Part shown: positions 19,971 through 29,109 of the stretch, one piece after another
How positions within the stretch are numbered: position 1 is the stretch's first letter
How the letters are laid out: each line of letters opens with the position of its first letter
Source: a phage
Sequence record: PV467749.1
Length of the DNA: 64,000 nucleotides
Reading direction: 5' to 3' (one strand)
Position numbers and translations under genes: made by a program
The notes under the pieces: generated by a model
What the model was told of the DNA's origin: nothing
The model's input: the letters and a program-made list of their open reading frames with translations, nothing else
The model's database searches: none

Positions 19971-20281
19971 ATCCCTCGTTTACGCTTTTGATTGCGTCTA
20001 AATTCGGTTAGCCCACGACTAATCGGTGGCATCAGACTACATAAAAAAATAACAGTTGTTGGTAATAACATGAAGTCAATCATTGCTGTATTAACAGGTG
20101 GATCACATACCAAATAATACAAACAAGTAATACTAATTATGGTTGACCCAATAAAAGGAATACAAAATTCTTTTATCTGTTTTTCAACATAATCAAACAT
20201 CTTCAATACAAATAAAAATCCAACCCAACACATAATAAAATAGAATGAATAAAGCGTGTAAATCAATGTTACGATATCCAT
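19967..20281 (-). CDS. small multi-TM protein, family A member
   Basis: 104 aa; ATGA overlap; tail NQKRKRGM. Confidence 0.7.
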   Translation of the reverse strand: MDIVTLIYTLYSFYFIMCWVGFLFVLKMFDYVEKQIKEFCIPFIGSTIISITCLYYLVCDPPVNTAMIDFMLLPTTVIFLCSLMPPISRGLTEFRRNQKRKRGM

Positions 20282-20619
20282 TAGTACCTCGCATCAGGAA
20301 CTTTAGCACGTAATTTATGAACGACTGGGAACAACAACAAACTTACATATGCAATAGTTGAACCCCAATAGAATACTAATATAATTGGTTCACCATTGGA
20401 ACGGAACCCTCTACTAATCATTGAGTAGTGAATAATAGGCATGAACATCGCCATACCAAACCATGCGTGTAATTTTAATTGCAGCATGTTATCAGAGATG
20501 AATACTGAAATTGGTCGTTTGAAGAACCACATCAGAAAGTAGAATCCAGCACTAAGGATATAGTACATAGTACTAACTTTCATATACCACGGCAGTAAGT
20601 GTAAAAAATATTCCATCAT
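20281..20619 (-). CDS. small multi-TM protein, family A member
   Basis: 112 aa; WFFKRPISVF; tail LRAKVPDARY. Confidence 0.7.
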   Translation of the reverse strand: MMEYFLHLLPWYMKVSTMYYILSAGFYFLMWFFKRPISVFISDNMLQLKLHAWFGMAMFMPIIHYSMISRGFRSNGEPIILVFYWGSTIAYVSLLLFPVVHKLRAKVPDARY

Positions 20620-20963
20620 TCCTCCGGTATCTTGTTTCGAAGTTCAATCATAACACAACAAAGTTTAATGGTCAAGTAAAAAACTACACATATCATACCC
20701 AATGTACCGTAAACTGCGGAGAATGCTGGCAGTACCTTTCCTGTGAGTGTTGCTACAATACATGCTATCAATGTTGATGCAAACAACGATTGATTAATGA
20801 AAGAATTCATAAAATCTTCACCATTACGCTTATAGAATTGTCGTTTAAAATACCATCCTAGAAACATAACTACCCAAAATGTTACATAACCTGTTAGAAT
20901 AATCCCTGCAATTGAATGTGCAACAGAACTACTCTTTAAAAACTCAAGATAAGATTCAAACAT
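20616..20963 (-). CDS. small multi-TM protein, family A member
   Basis: 115 aa; WYFKRQFYKRNG; tail LRNKIPEE. Confidence 0.7.
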   Translation of the reverse strand: MFESYLEFLKSSSVAHSIAGIILTGYVTFWVVMFLGWYFKRQFYKRNGEDFMNSFINQSLFASTLIACIVATLTGKVLPAFSAVYGTLGMICVVFYLTIKLCCVMIELRNKIPEE

Positions 20964-21301
20964 TAGAAGTCCCCACGAATTTTTGCTCTACCATTAATGA
21001 TGAGATTAAACAAGTATATCAGCACCCAAATTAGTAATCCAAGGAATACAATATATTGTGATATTGAGTTCAACTGTGGATTAGCACAATAAATTAAGTG
21101 TGCGATAAGACCAACAATTGCAAACATACCTTGGATAATAGTGAAAAGAAGTAGTGAAATGTTTCCATCTGGATACAGTTTGAAAACGATTTTCTTTTTA
21201 AAATACCATAGTACTACAACTAGTGCATGATAAAAGAAAAAACCAAACAGATAAATCAAAGTAATACTAAGCATTGTATCTGAATTAAAAAACTCAAGCA
21301 T
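20963..21301 (-). CDS. small multi-TM protein, family A member
   Basis: 112 aa; WYFKKKIVFKLYPDG; tail GRAKIRGDF. Confidence 0.7.
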   Translation of the reverse strand: MLEFFNSDTMLSITLIYLFGFFFYHALVVVLWYFKKKIVFKLYPDGNISLLLFTIIQGMFAIVGLIAHLIYCANPQLNSISQYIVFLGLLIWVLIYLFNLIINGRAKIRGDF

Positions 21302-21368
21302 ATCGTATCTCCGGTGGTGAATATTAAGTTATAGTACTACACTATGGTAGTACTGTCAATACATGTAA

Positions 21369-22142
21369 TTAAATTTTCTCAAGGAACATGTTTTCTGCCA
21401 TTGACTCCCAATCATATGGAAATTTATTATACAGACCAGCGATCAGTACTGGCATACGCAGAGAAGGTGAACGCAGCTTTTCTTCGTTGTTCAGCATCCA
21501 GTTTAAGATAGCTTTACAACCATTTTTATTAACCCCATTGTTCTCAAGAATATTAGTCTTGTTCATGATGTTCTCAATGTGAATCATAACTTCTTCGTTA
21601 GTGAACAGTTGAAGATCAACAAAGATACTACGAGTAATCAGTGCATCAATGTGTGGTGCTAAACTGCTTTTACCTTTAGCAATCTGTGACAGGTTTTTGT
21701 TCGTCAGGAAGATTACCTTCCCACGGAATTCAAACTGCTTAGGAATACCCTGCTGTTCCAGGTACTTCCCAGAAGTTGCATAAGATACAACCCGCTTCTC
21801 TGAAGTATCCAGTACTGCTTTGAGCAAGTCAATGTTGGTTTCATCGCTGAAGATATCAACGTCATCAAGTAACAGTACTGAAGCGGCATGACGTGAACGA
21901 TACAGTGCTTCGTACAAACCCATAGTGGTTACTTTACCGCTGATCTTTTTGTAGTCGATTTCAAAGTTATCATCAGCTTTCTGTAAACGCTGGTCAACGT
22001 TGTAAGTTTTACCAACACCACCTTTACCAGATACAATCAGGGAATTGATTGAATTAGCTTGGGTATCAAGTAAACATTCCAAAGCTGCCATCATGCTGTT
22101 GAAGTTCTTTTCGATTTGGATTGCTTTCTCTGTACGGGTCAT
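21369..22142 (-). CDS. P-loop / AAA-like ATPase
   Basis: Walker A SGKGGVGKT; Walker B LLLDDVD; FLTN sensor-like. Confidence 0.7.
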   Translation of the reverse strand: MTRTEKAIQIEKNFNSMMAALECLLDTQANSINSLIVSGKGGVGKTYNVDQRLQKADDNFEIDYKKISGKVTTMGLYEALYRSRHAASVLLLDDVDIFSDETNIDLLKAVLDTSEKRVVSYATSGKYLEQQGIPKQFEFRGKVIFLTNKNLSQIAKGKSSLAPHIDALITRSIFVDLQLFTNEEVMIHIENIMNKTNILENNGVNKNGCKAILNWMLNNEEKLRSPSLRMPVLIAGLYNKFPYDWESMAENMFLEKI

Positions 22143-22170
22143 GTATTCATCCTCTCGTCTTGATGAAATA

Positions 22171-22203
22171 ATTATAGCAAAAAGGGCTGACCGAAGTCAA
22201 CCC
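22171..22203 (-). terminator. fused terminator/promoter module copy 1
   Basis: gggctgaccgaagtcaaccc 22184-22203 (minus sense GGGTTGAC-UUCG-GTCAGCCC + T5). TTGACT lies in the stem, then an 18-nt spacer and TATAAT (22171-22176). Confidence 0.7.
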
Positions 22204-22610
22204 TTTTTTCTTTCAATCAAACATAGTCTACCAGAATGTACCATGCGATGGTGATTAGAACAAAGAATCATACACTTTCGAATTTCATCTTTGATAGCAT
22301 CTCGACTTTTACTGAACATAGAACTTGGTGTATGTTCTTTGGTATTAGGGTCAAGATGGTGAAAGTCTAAACATTCTGGATACTTCATCATACAAACACT
22401 ACAACCATAAAATGATTTAACTCTGGTCATGAAATCTTTATTTTTTCTTTTGATTTCTTCAAGTTTTTTGACATCAGTTTTTTTATTTCTGGTTTTCTTA
22501 CTGGTAATATTACTACAACCTTTGCATGTATTTCTATGTTTCCCAGTATCACTTCTTATACCAAATTCACTAATGTCTTTTTCAATATTACACGTGATAC
22601 ACTTCTTCAT
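22197..22610 (-). CDS. HNH endonuclease
   Basis: Cys-rich N-terminus; LDFHHLDPNTK...ILCSNHHRMVH. Confidence 0.75.
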   Translation of the reverse strand: MKKCITCNIEKDISEFGIRSDTGKHRNTCKGCSNITSKKTRNKKTDVKKLEEIKRKNKDFMTRVKSFYGCSVCMMKYPECLDFHHLDPNTKEHTPSSMFSKSRDAIKDEIRKCMILCSNHHRMVHSGRLCLIERKKG

Positions 22611-22894
22611 TGTTTAATCCATTTATTCAACAATGCACCCAACTTCACAATCTCATACCCATCCAGATAGCCATAGGAACACTCAGGTGTTTCATAAGTT
22701 GAACCATCATGGATACCTTGGCATTGGCTTTTGGAACGTTCAAGCAATCGTTGCAGTACTGATACGTCATCAAGAACGTAATACAAGTTAGCATATGGGT
22801 CCGTCACAATACAGTACTTAAACATACCAAATGTATCAATCGATTTTTCAACCTTAGCAAATTGTTTCTTTTCTTTATTATACAGTGCGTACAT
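22607..22894 (-). CDS. hypothetical protein
   Basis: Start moved to ATG 22894 (ggag SD; TAATATG junction with the upstream stop). Confidence 0.6.
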   Translation of the reverse strand: MYALYNKEKKQFAKVEKSIDTFGMFKYCIVTDPYANLYYVLDDVSVLQRLLERSKSQCQGIHDGSTYETPECSYGYLDGYEIVKLGALLNKWIKQ

Positions 22895-22895
22895 A

Positions 22896-23267
22896 TTAAT
22901 CTCCACAATCAAGTTTAACTAACTTACCACCCAGATACCCAAAGTTTTCTGGCTTCGCATCTGAATAGAAGAAGTCAGTACTCAACTCTGAATCCAATGC
23001 TAAAGCACACAACTCCACCCAAAATAAACCCCTATGTTGTACTGGCTTACAACGTTTCTGTACAGTTACTAGTCCAGTACATGATGACCACAACGTAGGG
23101 CAGATACCACTATCACTACGCTTGGAGTACTGCATCCAAGAACGTTCATTGAGGTTAGCTATCATCCCTGTTAAGAATAGCTTCCAACTTTTAAAGGTTG
23201 GAATCTTGATAGCATATTCCCCAATGAGTATGACAGTTCGGGTTGCACCTTTCAAATCTATATTCAT
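22896..23267 (-). CDS. minimal protein-kinase-like ORF (tentative)
   Basis: YAIKIP (beta3 Lys-like), SDAKPENFG (catalytic-loop-like D-x-K-x-x-N), C-terminal KLDCGD (DFG-like); only 123 aa. Confidence 0.35.
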   Translation of the reverse strand: MNIDLKGATRTVILIGEYAIKIPTFKSWKLFLTGMIANLNERSWMQYSKRSDSGICPTLWSSCTGLVTVQKRCKPVQHRGLFWVELCALALDSELSTDFFYSDAKPENFGYLGGKLVKLDCGD

Positions 23268-23276
23268 ATTTTTTAA

Positions 23277-23528
23277 TTAGAAGAACACAAACCAAGTCCA
23301 GAATAAATTCCACACTACAAATAAAGACATAGTGGTTTTATGTACAATATCAGCAGTACTGGTCCATCCTCCACCGTGTCCTATTCCATTTATGAATAGA
23401 ACTAAGAACAAGATACCATTTACTACAATAGTACATAGTAAGTACACAAACACATTCCATGCAAGTTCAGGGGATACTAACGTAAATGGTAAAACAATTA
23501 GTAGTATTAGAACTAATAAAATTTTCAT
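23277..23528 (-). CDS. small membrane protein
   Basis: 83 aa, three hydrophobic segments. Confidence 0.6.
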   Translation of the reverse strand: MKILLVLILLIVLPFTLVSPELAWNVFVYLLCTIVVNGILFLVLFINGIGHGGGWTSTADIVHKTTMSLFVVWNLFWTWFVFF

Positions 23529-23556
23529 TTATCGCCTCACTTAATTAACGTGACAA

Positions 23557-23733
23557 TTAGTACGAATCAGATTCCCAGTACTCGATTGCTTCTTTCAGCA
23601 ATTCTTTAGCACGTTGTTTTGCAATGCGAGCGGGTAACAGATATGTGTACATTAACTGACGCTTCACTTCATTCAGTGAAAGCTGTTCATGGTACAGTGC
23701 ATCCATCAGTCGATTACGAGTACGTAGTTTCAT
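23557..23733 (-). CDS. small hypothetical protein (58 aa, below ORF-track cutoff)
   Basis: Hand translation MKLRTRNRLMDALYHEQLSLNEVKRQL...EYWESDSY fills an otherwise empty 200-nt gap. Confidence 0.5.
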   Translation of the reverse strand: MKLRTRNRLMDALYHEQLSLNEVKRQLMYTYLLPARIAKQRAKELLKEAIEYWESDSY

Positions 23734-23744
23734 ATAAGTTATCC

Positions 23745-24299
23745 TTATTTCAAAGAATCATAGTAAGCAGTGTCAAAGATTGGAGTCATAATAACATAGT
23801 CAATACGGTCAATGTAAGTTGAACTCCACATTTCTGGTTTGTCATAAAATTGACGCTCGCGTTCATTCATACGAGTCAGTACTTCTTCCAATTTACTACG
23901 TGAAGCCATCAATGTATTACGCGATCCATAAGTGAAGTACTCAGTCCATTGATATTCATATTCAGTACTGATAGATTGAATAGTACCATCTTTGAAATGA
24001 GCTAAGGCATATCCTTTCTCTACAAAGTTATCAGGTGGAAGAACACTATCTGGATTAGTTTTCAATGCTTTGGTTAACTTTTCTTTAATTTCAGTTAACG
24101 TGCATACTGAACGAATGTTCTTCAGGTTTGATACTTGAAAATCACTGTACTTTCCAAAGAAAAATACACGCCAATCTTTAGGTTCATTATCAGATACGGT
24201 AATATTCGGATGATGGGCGAGTAAACGAAGAAGGCCAGCTTTGTGACCGTTAATGTAGATCTCATGGATGTGGTTAGCAGTTTTCTTAAAAGTAATCAT
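23745..24299 (-). CDS. hypothetical protein
   Basis: Start moved to MITFKK (ATG 24299, SD gaggaa), downstream of promoter 24346-24373. Confidence 0.65.
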   Translation of the reverse strand: MITFKKTANHIHEIYINGHKAGLLRLLAHHPNITVSDNEPKDWRVFFFGKYSDFQVSNLKNIRSVCTLTEIKEKLTKALKTNPDSVLPPDNFVEKGYALAHFKDGTIQSISTEYEYQWTEYFTYGSRNTLMASRSKLEEVLTRMNERERQFYDKPEMWSSTYIDRIDYVIMTPIFDTAYYDSLK

Positions 24300-24345
24300 G
24301 ACAATTCCTCGATTGTGGGATGAGAAGTTCATCCCCTTGATAAAC

Positions 24346-24373
24346 ATTATACAGTACTGAATGAGTTTGTCAA
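24346..24373 (-). promoter_or_regulatory. sigma70-type promoter
   Basis: Minus sense TTGACA-aactcattcagtactg-TATAAT (16-nt spacer). Confidence 0.7.
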
Positions 24374-24374
24374 C

Positions 24375-24755
24375 TCAAAATAAATTCATTTCATGTGCGT
24401 ATTGTGGTTCAAGATGCGATAAGTTTTTGAAGCTTTCTTTCAACTCAGCATCATCTACATACACCGTGCCTGGTACATTCCCCATAGTGAAACCTACCCA
24501 CACAGTCATGTCACCAGTCCCTAAGCGTGGCATTGATAGCGAACCATCAGGTGAAACATCAAACGCTACACTGAAGTCATCAGTAACAACGTCAGAACCA
24601 TTTTCGAGAATAATACATCCACTATCTTTAAGCTTCTGAATGTGGATAGCAGCCTCTACAGCACGTTTGAAGTTATAGTAAGACTCTTTATCCTCAAACA
24701 TTGATTGTTTAATCAGACGCTTGTTTAGCTCGGTTACTTTGTGCATTTGACGCAT
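24375..24755 (-). CDS. hypothetical protein
   Basis: 126 aa ORF on the minus coding strand. Confidence 0.6.
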   Translation of the reverse strand: MRQMHKVTELNKRLIKQSMFEDKESYYNFKRAVEAAIHIQKLKDSGCIILENGSDVVTDDFSVAFDVSPDGSLSMPRLGTGDMTVWVGFTMGNVPGTVYVDDAELKESFKNLSHLEPQYAHEMNLF

Positions 24756-25012
24756 TACTTATCCATCTCCCACAGTTGTAGAATTTCATAAGAGCCTGGT
24801 GGTGCTGGATTCCTGATCTCAGGGAATTGAGTACTTTTAGGATTTCCACCAGCATTAAATTCGTCAAGTAATGATTCCAGTTCGCGACGATCCTGAACAA
24901 CATAAACACAATCACCTGAACCTTCTTCGAGAATCATTTCACTTCCTGCACAATCCCATACTGTTGAGATACATAGAATCTCTTTTGTATTTTTATTACG
25001 CAATGCAAACAT
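24755..25012 (-). CDS. hypothetical protein
   Basis: 85 aa; 1-nt overlap with the downstream gene. Confidence 0.6.
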   Translation of the reverse strand: MFALRNKNTKEILCISTVWDCAGSEMILEEGSGDCVYVVQDRRELESLLDEFNAGGNPKSTQFPEIRNPAPPGSYEILQLWEMDK

Positions 25013-25020
25013 AGCACCCC

Positions 25021-25365
25021 CTATCGATTTGGCATTTTATCTCGTAATCTAATGAGATAATCAACCACAGACCATGTTGAAATGAAAGTGATATAAGTAC
25101 CGAAGAATCCTACCAGAATAAAGGCAACAAGTGTACTCCCATTTGGATCTTCAGCTTTAATACCGATGATACCATCAAATACAGTGAAAAATGTAGACAT
25201 ACACGTTAAACAGATGTACATCACCAATAAGAATTCATGTTTCAATGATGGATATAAACGGTCAAAGAGTTTATAAAATTTAAAGTACAGTAGGAGTATA
25301 CCAACAAAGACATAGAAAGTAAACAGTGTTGTTATGATATATGATATTAAATTTAAATTATACAT
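25021..25365 (-). CDS. small multi-TM protein, family A member
   Basis: LYFKFYKLFDRLYPSLK; tail RLRDKMPNR; start moved to ATG 25365 (ggag SD). Confidence 0.7.
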   Translation of the reverse strand: MYNLNLISYIITTLFTFYVFVGILLLYFKFYKLFDRLYPSLKHEFLLVMYICLTCMSTFFTVFDGIIGIKAEDPNGSTLVAFILVGFFGTYITFISTWSVVDYLIRLRDKMPNR

Positions 25366-25366
25366 C

Positions 25367-25708
25367 TCAACGCTCCGGTAGATTATCACGTAATGTTTTG
25401 ATTCGATTATACAATTTCATTGCTACATTTCCAAATAAACCAAAACCCATTACTAAAATGTATGCGATGATCATAGTAATAATTACAATAGTACCTAGAC
25501 TGTAATGTACTGCACTGATACCCATTATTGTTTCTACAATGATGTGAGCAACAGAAATAATCAAAAGTACTACTACAATTGGATGATTTGGATACATTCG
25601 GTTAAACAATGTTTTGTACTTAAAGAAGTACAGTACTCCACCAAATAAGAAGTACACAATGTAGATTGATGCAACTGCATAAGCAAACGCATTAGTGTAA
25701 AAAATCAT
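25367..25708 (-). CDS. small multi-TM protein, family A member
   Basis: LYFFKYKTLFNRMYPNH; tail LRDNLPER. Confidence 0.7.
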   Translation of the reverse strand: MIFYTNAFAYAVASIYIVYFLFGGVLYFFKYKTLFNRMYPNHPIVVVLLIISVAHIIVETIMGISAVHYSLGTIVIITMIIAYILVMGFGLFGNVAMKLYNRIKTLRDNLPER

Positions 25709-25717
25709 TATCAATCC

Positions 25718-26056
25718 TTACTTTTCAGGGATTTTATTACGCCACTCATCGATGCGATGAAGCAGTTTAAAGAGCAAAAATATCGGAACAGTAGCTATCA
25801 TAGTAGCAATTGTTAGTAATGTCAACACCGATACGAGATTTAATTCGTCAGTACTATATCCACATACCAGTGCTTCAATTATCCCCCACGTACATACACT
25901 GAACATCAAAAATGAAATTGGTGCATCGTAGTATATGCGTTGATACAAGGTCGTGTATCGGAAGAATGCAATAATGTAACAAAACATGTAATACACCCAA
26001 ATTAACGATACTACATAAAATGATACCTTATTAATTAATTCAAAATGATGTTCCAT
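25718..26056 (-). CDS. small multi-TM protein, family A member
   Basis: AFFRYTTLYQRIYYDAP; tail WRNKIPEK. Confidence 0.7.
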   Translation of the reverse strand: MEHHFELINKVSFYVVSLIWVYYMFCYIIAFFRYTTLYQRIYYDAPISFLMFSVCTWGIIEALVCGYSTDELNLVSVLTLLTIATMIATVPIFLLFKLLHRIDEWRNKIPEK

Positions 26057-26065
26057 TTTTACCCC

Positions 26066-26341
26066 CTACATATATTCTAAGAATAATGTATTAGCTTCGT
26101 CTATGTTCTTAAGATAATACATGTAATACAGATTTGGTTGTCCGTCTTTTGAACTCAAATCAAAGTACTTTAAACTATGCACCTTCATGACAAAAACAAA
26201 TAATGACTTAAAACCAATCTCACCGTACTTAATAAACAGTTCATCTAAATGAATGTAACTCTTAGTTTCAGATAATTCCTTCACATCATCTTCAATTTCT
26301 TGTAAGCGAAGTTTACCGATTAAGTTTTCAAATGAACGCAT
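26066..26341 (-). CDS. hypothetical protein
   Basis: Start moved to MRSFENL (aaggaac SD); avoids overlap with the upstream stop. Confidence 0.6.
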   Translation of the reverse strand: MRSFENLIGKLRLQEIEDDVKELSETKSYIHLDELFIKYGEIGFKSLFVFVMKVHSLKYFDLSSKDGQPNLYYMYYLKNIDEANTLFLEYM

Positions 26342-26352
26342 GATGTTGTTCC

Positions 26353-26766
26353 TTATGCTGGTACACAATTTTTTATAATGAATACACGTTTCATGAATGA
26401 ACTTTCATATACGTACTTCAGTTTACCATTTTCACGCATACGATGAAACACATCTTTACCGCTAGTACTCCATGTTGAACCAGTCTCTGCATCAACATTG
26501 TTCATTACACCAGATGTTACATTCACCCCGTACTTGAAGCTAAAGGTACTACCTTCTTCTACTAGAGGGATTGGTGTACTACGTTCATGTTCCAGTACAA
26601 GTTTACTGCCGATGATGTTGTACGAAGTTAGCTTGCATTTTAAAACACCCATCTCTTGTGCAGTTGGGTAATTCTTCTCAAATAAATCAGATACTTCATT
26701 TGCATAACAAACTGAACTAATCATAAGAAGTAATGAACTGATAGAACGGAAAATAACTTTTAACAT
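26353..26766 (-). CDS. secreted small protein (signal peptide, two-Cys family)
   Basis: N-terminus MLKVIFRSISSLLLMISSVCYA; Cys near the mature N-terminus region and at KNCVPA. Confidence 0.65.
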   Translation of the reverse strand: MLKVIFRSISSLLLMISSVCYANEVSDLFEKNYPTAQEMGVLKCKLTSYNIIGSKLVLEHERSTPIPLVEEGSTFSFKYGVNVTSGVMNNVDAETGSTWSTSGKDVFHRMRENGKLKYVYESSFMKRVFIIKNCVPA

Positions 26767-26792
26767 GTTTGCCTCCAGTAGTTGATGAAATG

Positions 26793-26825
26793 ATTATAGC
26801 AAAAAGGGCCGACCGAAGTCAACCC
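26793..26825 (-). terminator. fused terminator/promoter module copy 2
   Basis: gggccgaccgaagtcaaccc 26806-26825; gattatagc (TATAAT on the minus strand) 18 nt from the stem TTGACT. Confidence 0.7.
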
Positions 26826-26832
26826 TTTTCTT

Positions 26833-27207
26833 TTATATTTTACATGTCATGTCTGGTTTTGGCTTTTCATTCTTTGGCTTTTCAAATGGATTTGGCTTAG
26901 GGGACTTTTTATCTTTGTCATCTTTAGCTTTCTTTTTGTTTTCTTTTTTATCCGATTTGTCAGCTTTGTCTTTCTTATCTTTTGAATCTTTGTCAGCTTT
27001 AGATTGTGGTTCCTCACATACAGCAGTTTTTGGCTCCGGCATATCACATGAGTTATCCACTGGTTTAATGAACTCTTTACAGTTGTAGAAGTATAAACTT
27101 TCATTGGTAGTAAGATTGTGGAATCTAAAGGTATTTTCACCATTAGTATATACTTTCTTAGTACTCTCAATATCATTACACATTGCAACTGTGTCACCGG
27201 AATTCAT
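26833..27207 (-). CDS. hypothetical protein with K/D-rich low-complexity tail
   Basis: KADKDSKDKKDKADKSDKKENKKKAKDDKDKK... Two other ORFs in this stretch are alternative frames of the repeat. Confidence 0.55.
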   Translation of the reverse strand: MNSGDTVAMCNDIESTKKVYTNGENTFRFHNLTTNESLYFYNCKEFIKPVDNSCDMPEPKTAVCEEPQSKADKDSKDKKDKADKSDKKENKKKAKDDKDKKSPKPNPFEKPKNEKPKPDMTCKI

Positions 27208-27445
27208 GCTCGATACCTATTACATCCGACTTACGTTCAGATAGTATTCCAGACGTATATCGATCTTTGTTATCAAATGCATTGAACCCTATAGTTTTAT
27301 TATTGTCATGTACCAATCCTCTAGTGTAAGACTTGGTATAGAACTCACCGTTTCTAAACTCCTGTCTAGCAATGGAGCACTGGTATTCAGTACTATAAAC
27401 TATATCAGTAAACAATACAAGTGAAAATAAAACATATTTAAACAT
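27194..27445 (-). CDS. secreted small protein (signal peptide)
   Basis: MFKYVLFSLVLFTDIVYS then TEYQC. Confidence 0.6.
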   Translation of the reverse strand: MFKYVLFSLVLFTDIVYSTEYQCSIARQEFRNGEFYTKSYTRGLVHDNNKTIGFNAFDNKDRYTSGILSERKSDVIGIEHEFR

Positions 27446-27488
27446 TGCATTACCTCTTATAAAACCCTCTACAATATTTACAAAAAAA

Positions 27489-27506
27489 GGTTGACCGAAG
27501 TCAACC
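27489..27506 (-). terminator. fused terminator/promoter module copy 3
   Basis: ggttgaccgaagtcaacc flanked by A7 / T4. Confidence 0.65.
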
Positions 27507-27516
27507 TTTTAAATGT

Positions 27517-29028
27517 TTATTTTTTATCCTTTCCAACACCACGGTCGTACTCTTTGAATGAGTTATCAAGTGTAGTTAGTGCATACTCATATGCTTCTGG
27601 TGATTCAATGTCAACATCATCTGCACCATTTACTAAATCAGCCCAAGCCTTTTGAAGTTTACGAGCATTGTTACCAACATTATCTTTAATCCAACTAATA
27701 TTTTTGTTGATACTTTTACTATCAGCACCTGCTTTTTTACCAATCTCGGATATCCACATCATTAACTTTTGAAGTTCATGAATTGATTTATCAGTCATTT
27801 CAAGATGTTCTTCTTCCATACCGTCAGAATCAGATGAACCAACGTCAATTCCATGTTTAGCTAATAGTTTACCAAGTTCAAAGAATGCAGCTTCAGCAGG
27901 GAAGTCATAACCTTTGTCTTTGTAGTTATTCCATGCACTATCAAACTCGTCAACAAAACGGTTAGCATAATCTGGATTTTTAACTAATGCTTTATATACT
28001 GCCATTGCATGTTCAAAACCTTCTTTATCTGACCCAAACTCTTCCATCTCAGGACGATGAATATATCCATCCATATCAACGGTATCAGGTAGATCTTCTT
28101 GTTCAGGTTCTACATCTTTCTGTTCAACTGCACCTTCTTCATCTGCACGCTTTAGATAACCATCTGGTGTTACCTTCTCACCATGTTCTGCTTCATACTT
28201 TTTCATAGTGTTGAATGCAGCATCCATAGCTGTTACGAAGCGACTTTTCTCACCTTGTACATAAGATTTAAGTGCACTGTTAACTGCATCTGATACGAGC
28301 TTAACCTTATCGTCTTTACCTTCTAAACGGTTTTCAAGTTTAGCCAGTACATTCTTGATTTGCTGGGCATTAGCACGGTCTGCTTTACCAATACTATCAA
28401 AAGTTTTAAGAATACCATCAAGACTTGCTTCACCCTGTTCAGGTTCTTTCGAATCTTCTTTGTGTGTACCTTCAAGTGCACGCATGATAGTACTGAATAC
28501 TTCAGTGGGTTCAGTACTCTTATTACCTTTCATTGCATCAAGTACAGCTTGTGCTTTACCTTTGAGTTCTTCTTTAGGAACTGCCTGTAGTGCTTTGACA
28601 ATACCCTGAATCAACTGTGGTTTGTTAGCAAAGATCTTACCTAAGTTATCAGATAACTCTTTAACAGGGTTAGCTGCTTTAGGAGCTTCTGGTTTTGGTT
28701 CTTCTTTAGGAACTGCTTGTTCTTTCTCAGCACGTTCCATATCAGCAAGGCGTTGTTTCTGTGTTGCGTTAAGAAGACCTAATGAGTTAACATAACGTAG
28801 CTTTTCTAGCTCAGTCATGTTCTCAGTACTCTTAACTTCACCTGCTTCTGCGTTTGCCTTACCAGCTAAACCTGTCCCTTGATTACGTGAACCACGTGAC
28901 CCCTGTCCTGCTTGGTAGCTATTTTGACGACGATTGCGTTCACTCCATTTATCAGAGTGACCTGCCATGTTCCCGCCATTTTTATCAGTAAATTGACCTG
29001 GCATTTGATTTCTCTCCATAGATTTCAT
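27517..29028 (-). CDS. large acidic/K-E-rich hypothetical protein (503 aa)
   Basis: Longest ORF of the early block; segments LRYVNSLGLLNATQ and ...IVKALQAVPKEELKGKA are paralogous to ORF 29861-30259. Confidence 0.7.
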   Translation of the reverse strand: MKSMERNQMPGQFTDKNGGNMAGHSDKWSERNRRQNSYQAGQGSRGSRNQGTGLAGKANAEAGEVKSTENMTELEKLRYVNSLGLLNATQKQRLADMERAEKEQAVPKEEPKPEAPKAANPVKELSDNLGKIFANKPQLIQGIVKALQAVPKEELKGKAQAVLDAMKGNKSTEPTEVFSTIMRALEGTHKEDSKEPEQGEASLDGILKTFDSIGKADRANAQQIKNVLAKLENRLEGKDDKVKLVSDAVNSALKSYVQGEKSRFVTAMDAAFNTMKKYEAEHGEKVTPDGYLKRADEEGAVEQKDVEPEQEDLPDTVDMDGYIHRPEMEEFGSDKEGFEHAMAVYKALVKNPDYANRFVDEFDSAWNNYKDKGYDFPAEAAFFELGKLLAKHGIDVGSSDSDGMEEEHLEMTDKSIHELQKLMMWISEIGKKAGADSKSINKNISWIKDNVGNNARKLQKAWADLVNGADDVDIESPEAYEYALTTLDNSFKEYDRGVGKDKK

Positions 29029-29069
29029 ATTGTTTATTCTCTATGACTATATTTATAGTATAAAGAAAA

Positions 29070-29088
29070 GGTTGACCGAAGTCAACCC
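29070..29088 (-). terminator. fused terminator/promoter module copy 4
   Basis: ggttgaccgaagtcaaccc; tatact -10-like element 18 nt downstream in the minus sense. Confidence 0.65.
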
Positions 29089-29109
29089 TATTTTCACTGT
29101 ACTATACCA

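Noticed and set aside
21328-21359. TTGACA ... TATAAC promoter upstream of the seven-gene TM array
   Set aside because: Both hexamers are present, but the spacer is about 20 nt, too long for a standard sigma70 promoter. The real promoter is unresolved.
26847-27197. Alternative-frame ORFs 26847-27197 (-) and 26849-27088 (+) in the K/D-rich repeat
   Set aside because: These are frame artefacts of the low-complexity aaa/gat/aag repeat. The 26833-27207 frame has the better start context and a non-repetitive N-terminal domain.
27987-28609. + strand ORFs inside the 503-aa gene (27987-28208, 28355-28609, 28360-28590)
   Set aside because: They are antisense to a long well-supported ORF, have no SD, and show Leu/Ser-rich composition typical of the reverse complement of K/E-rich genes.
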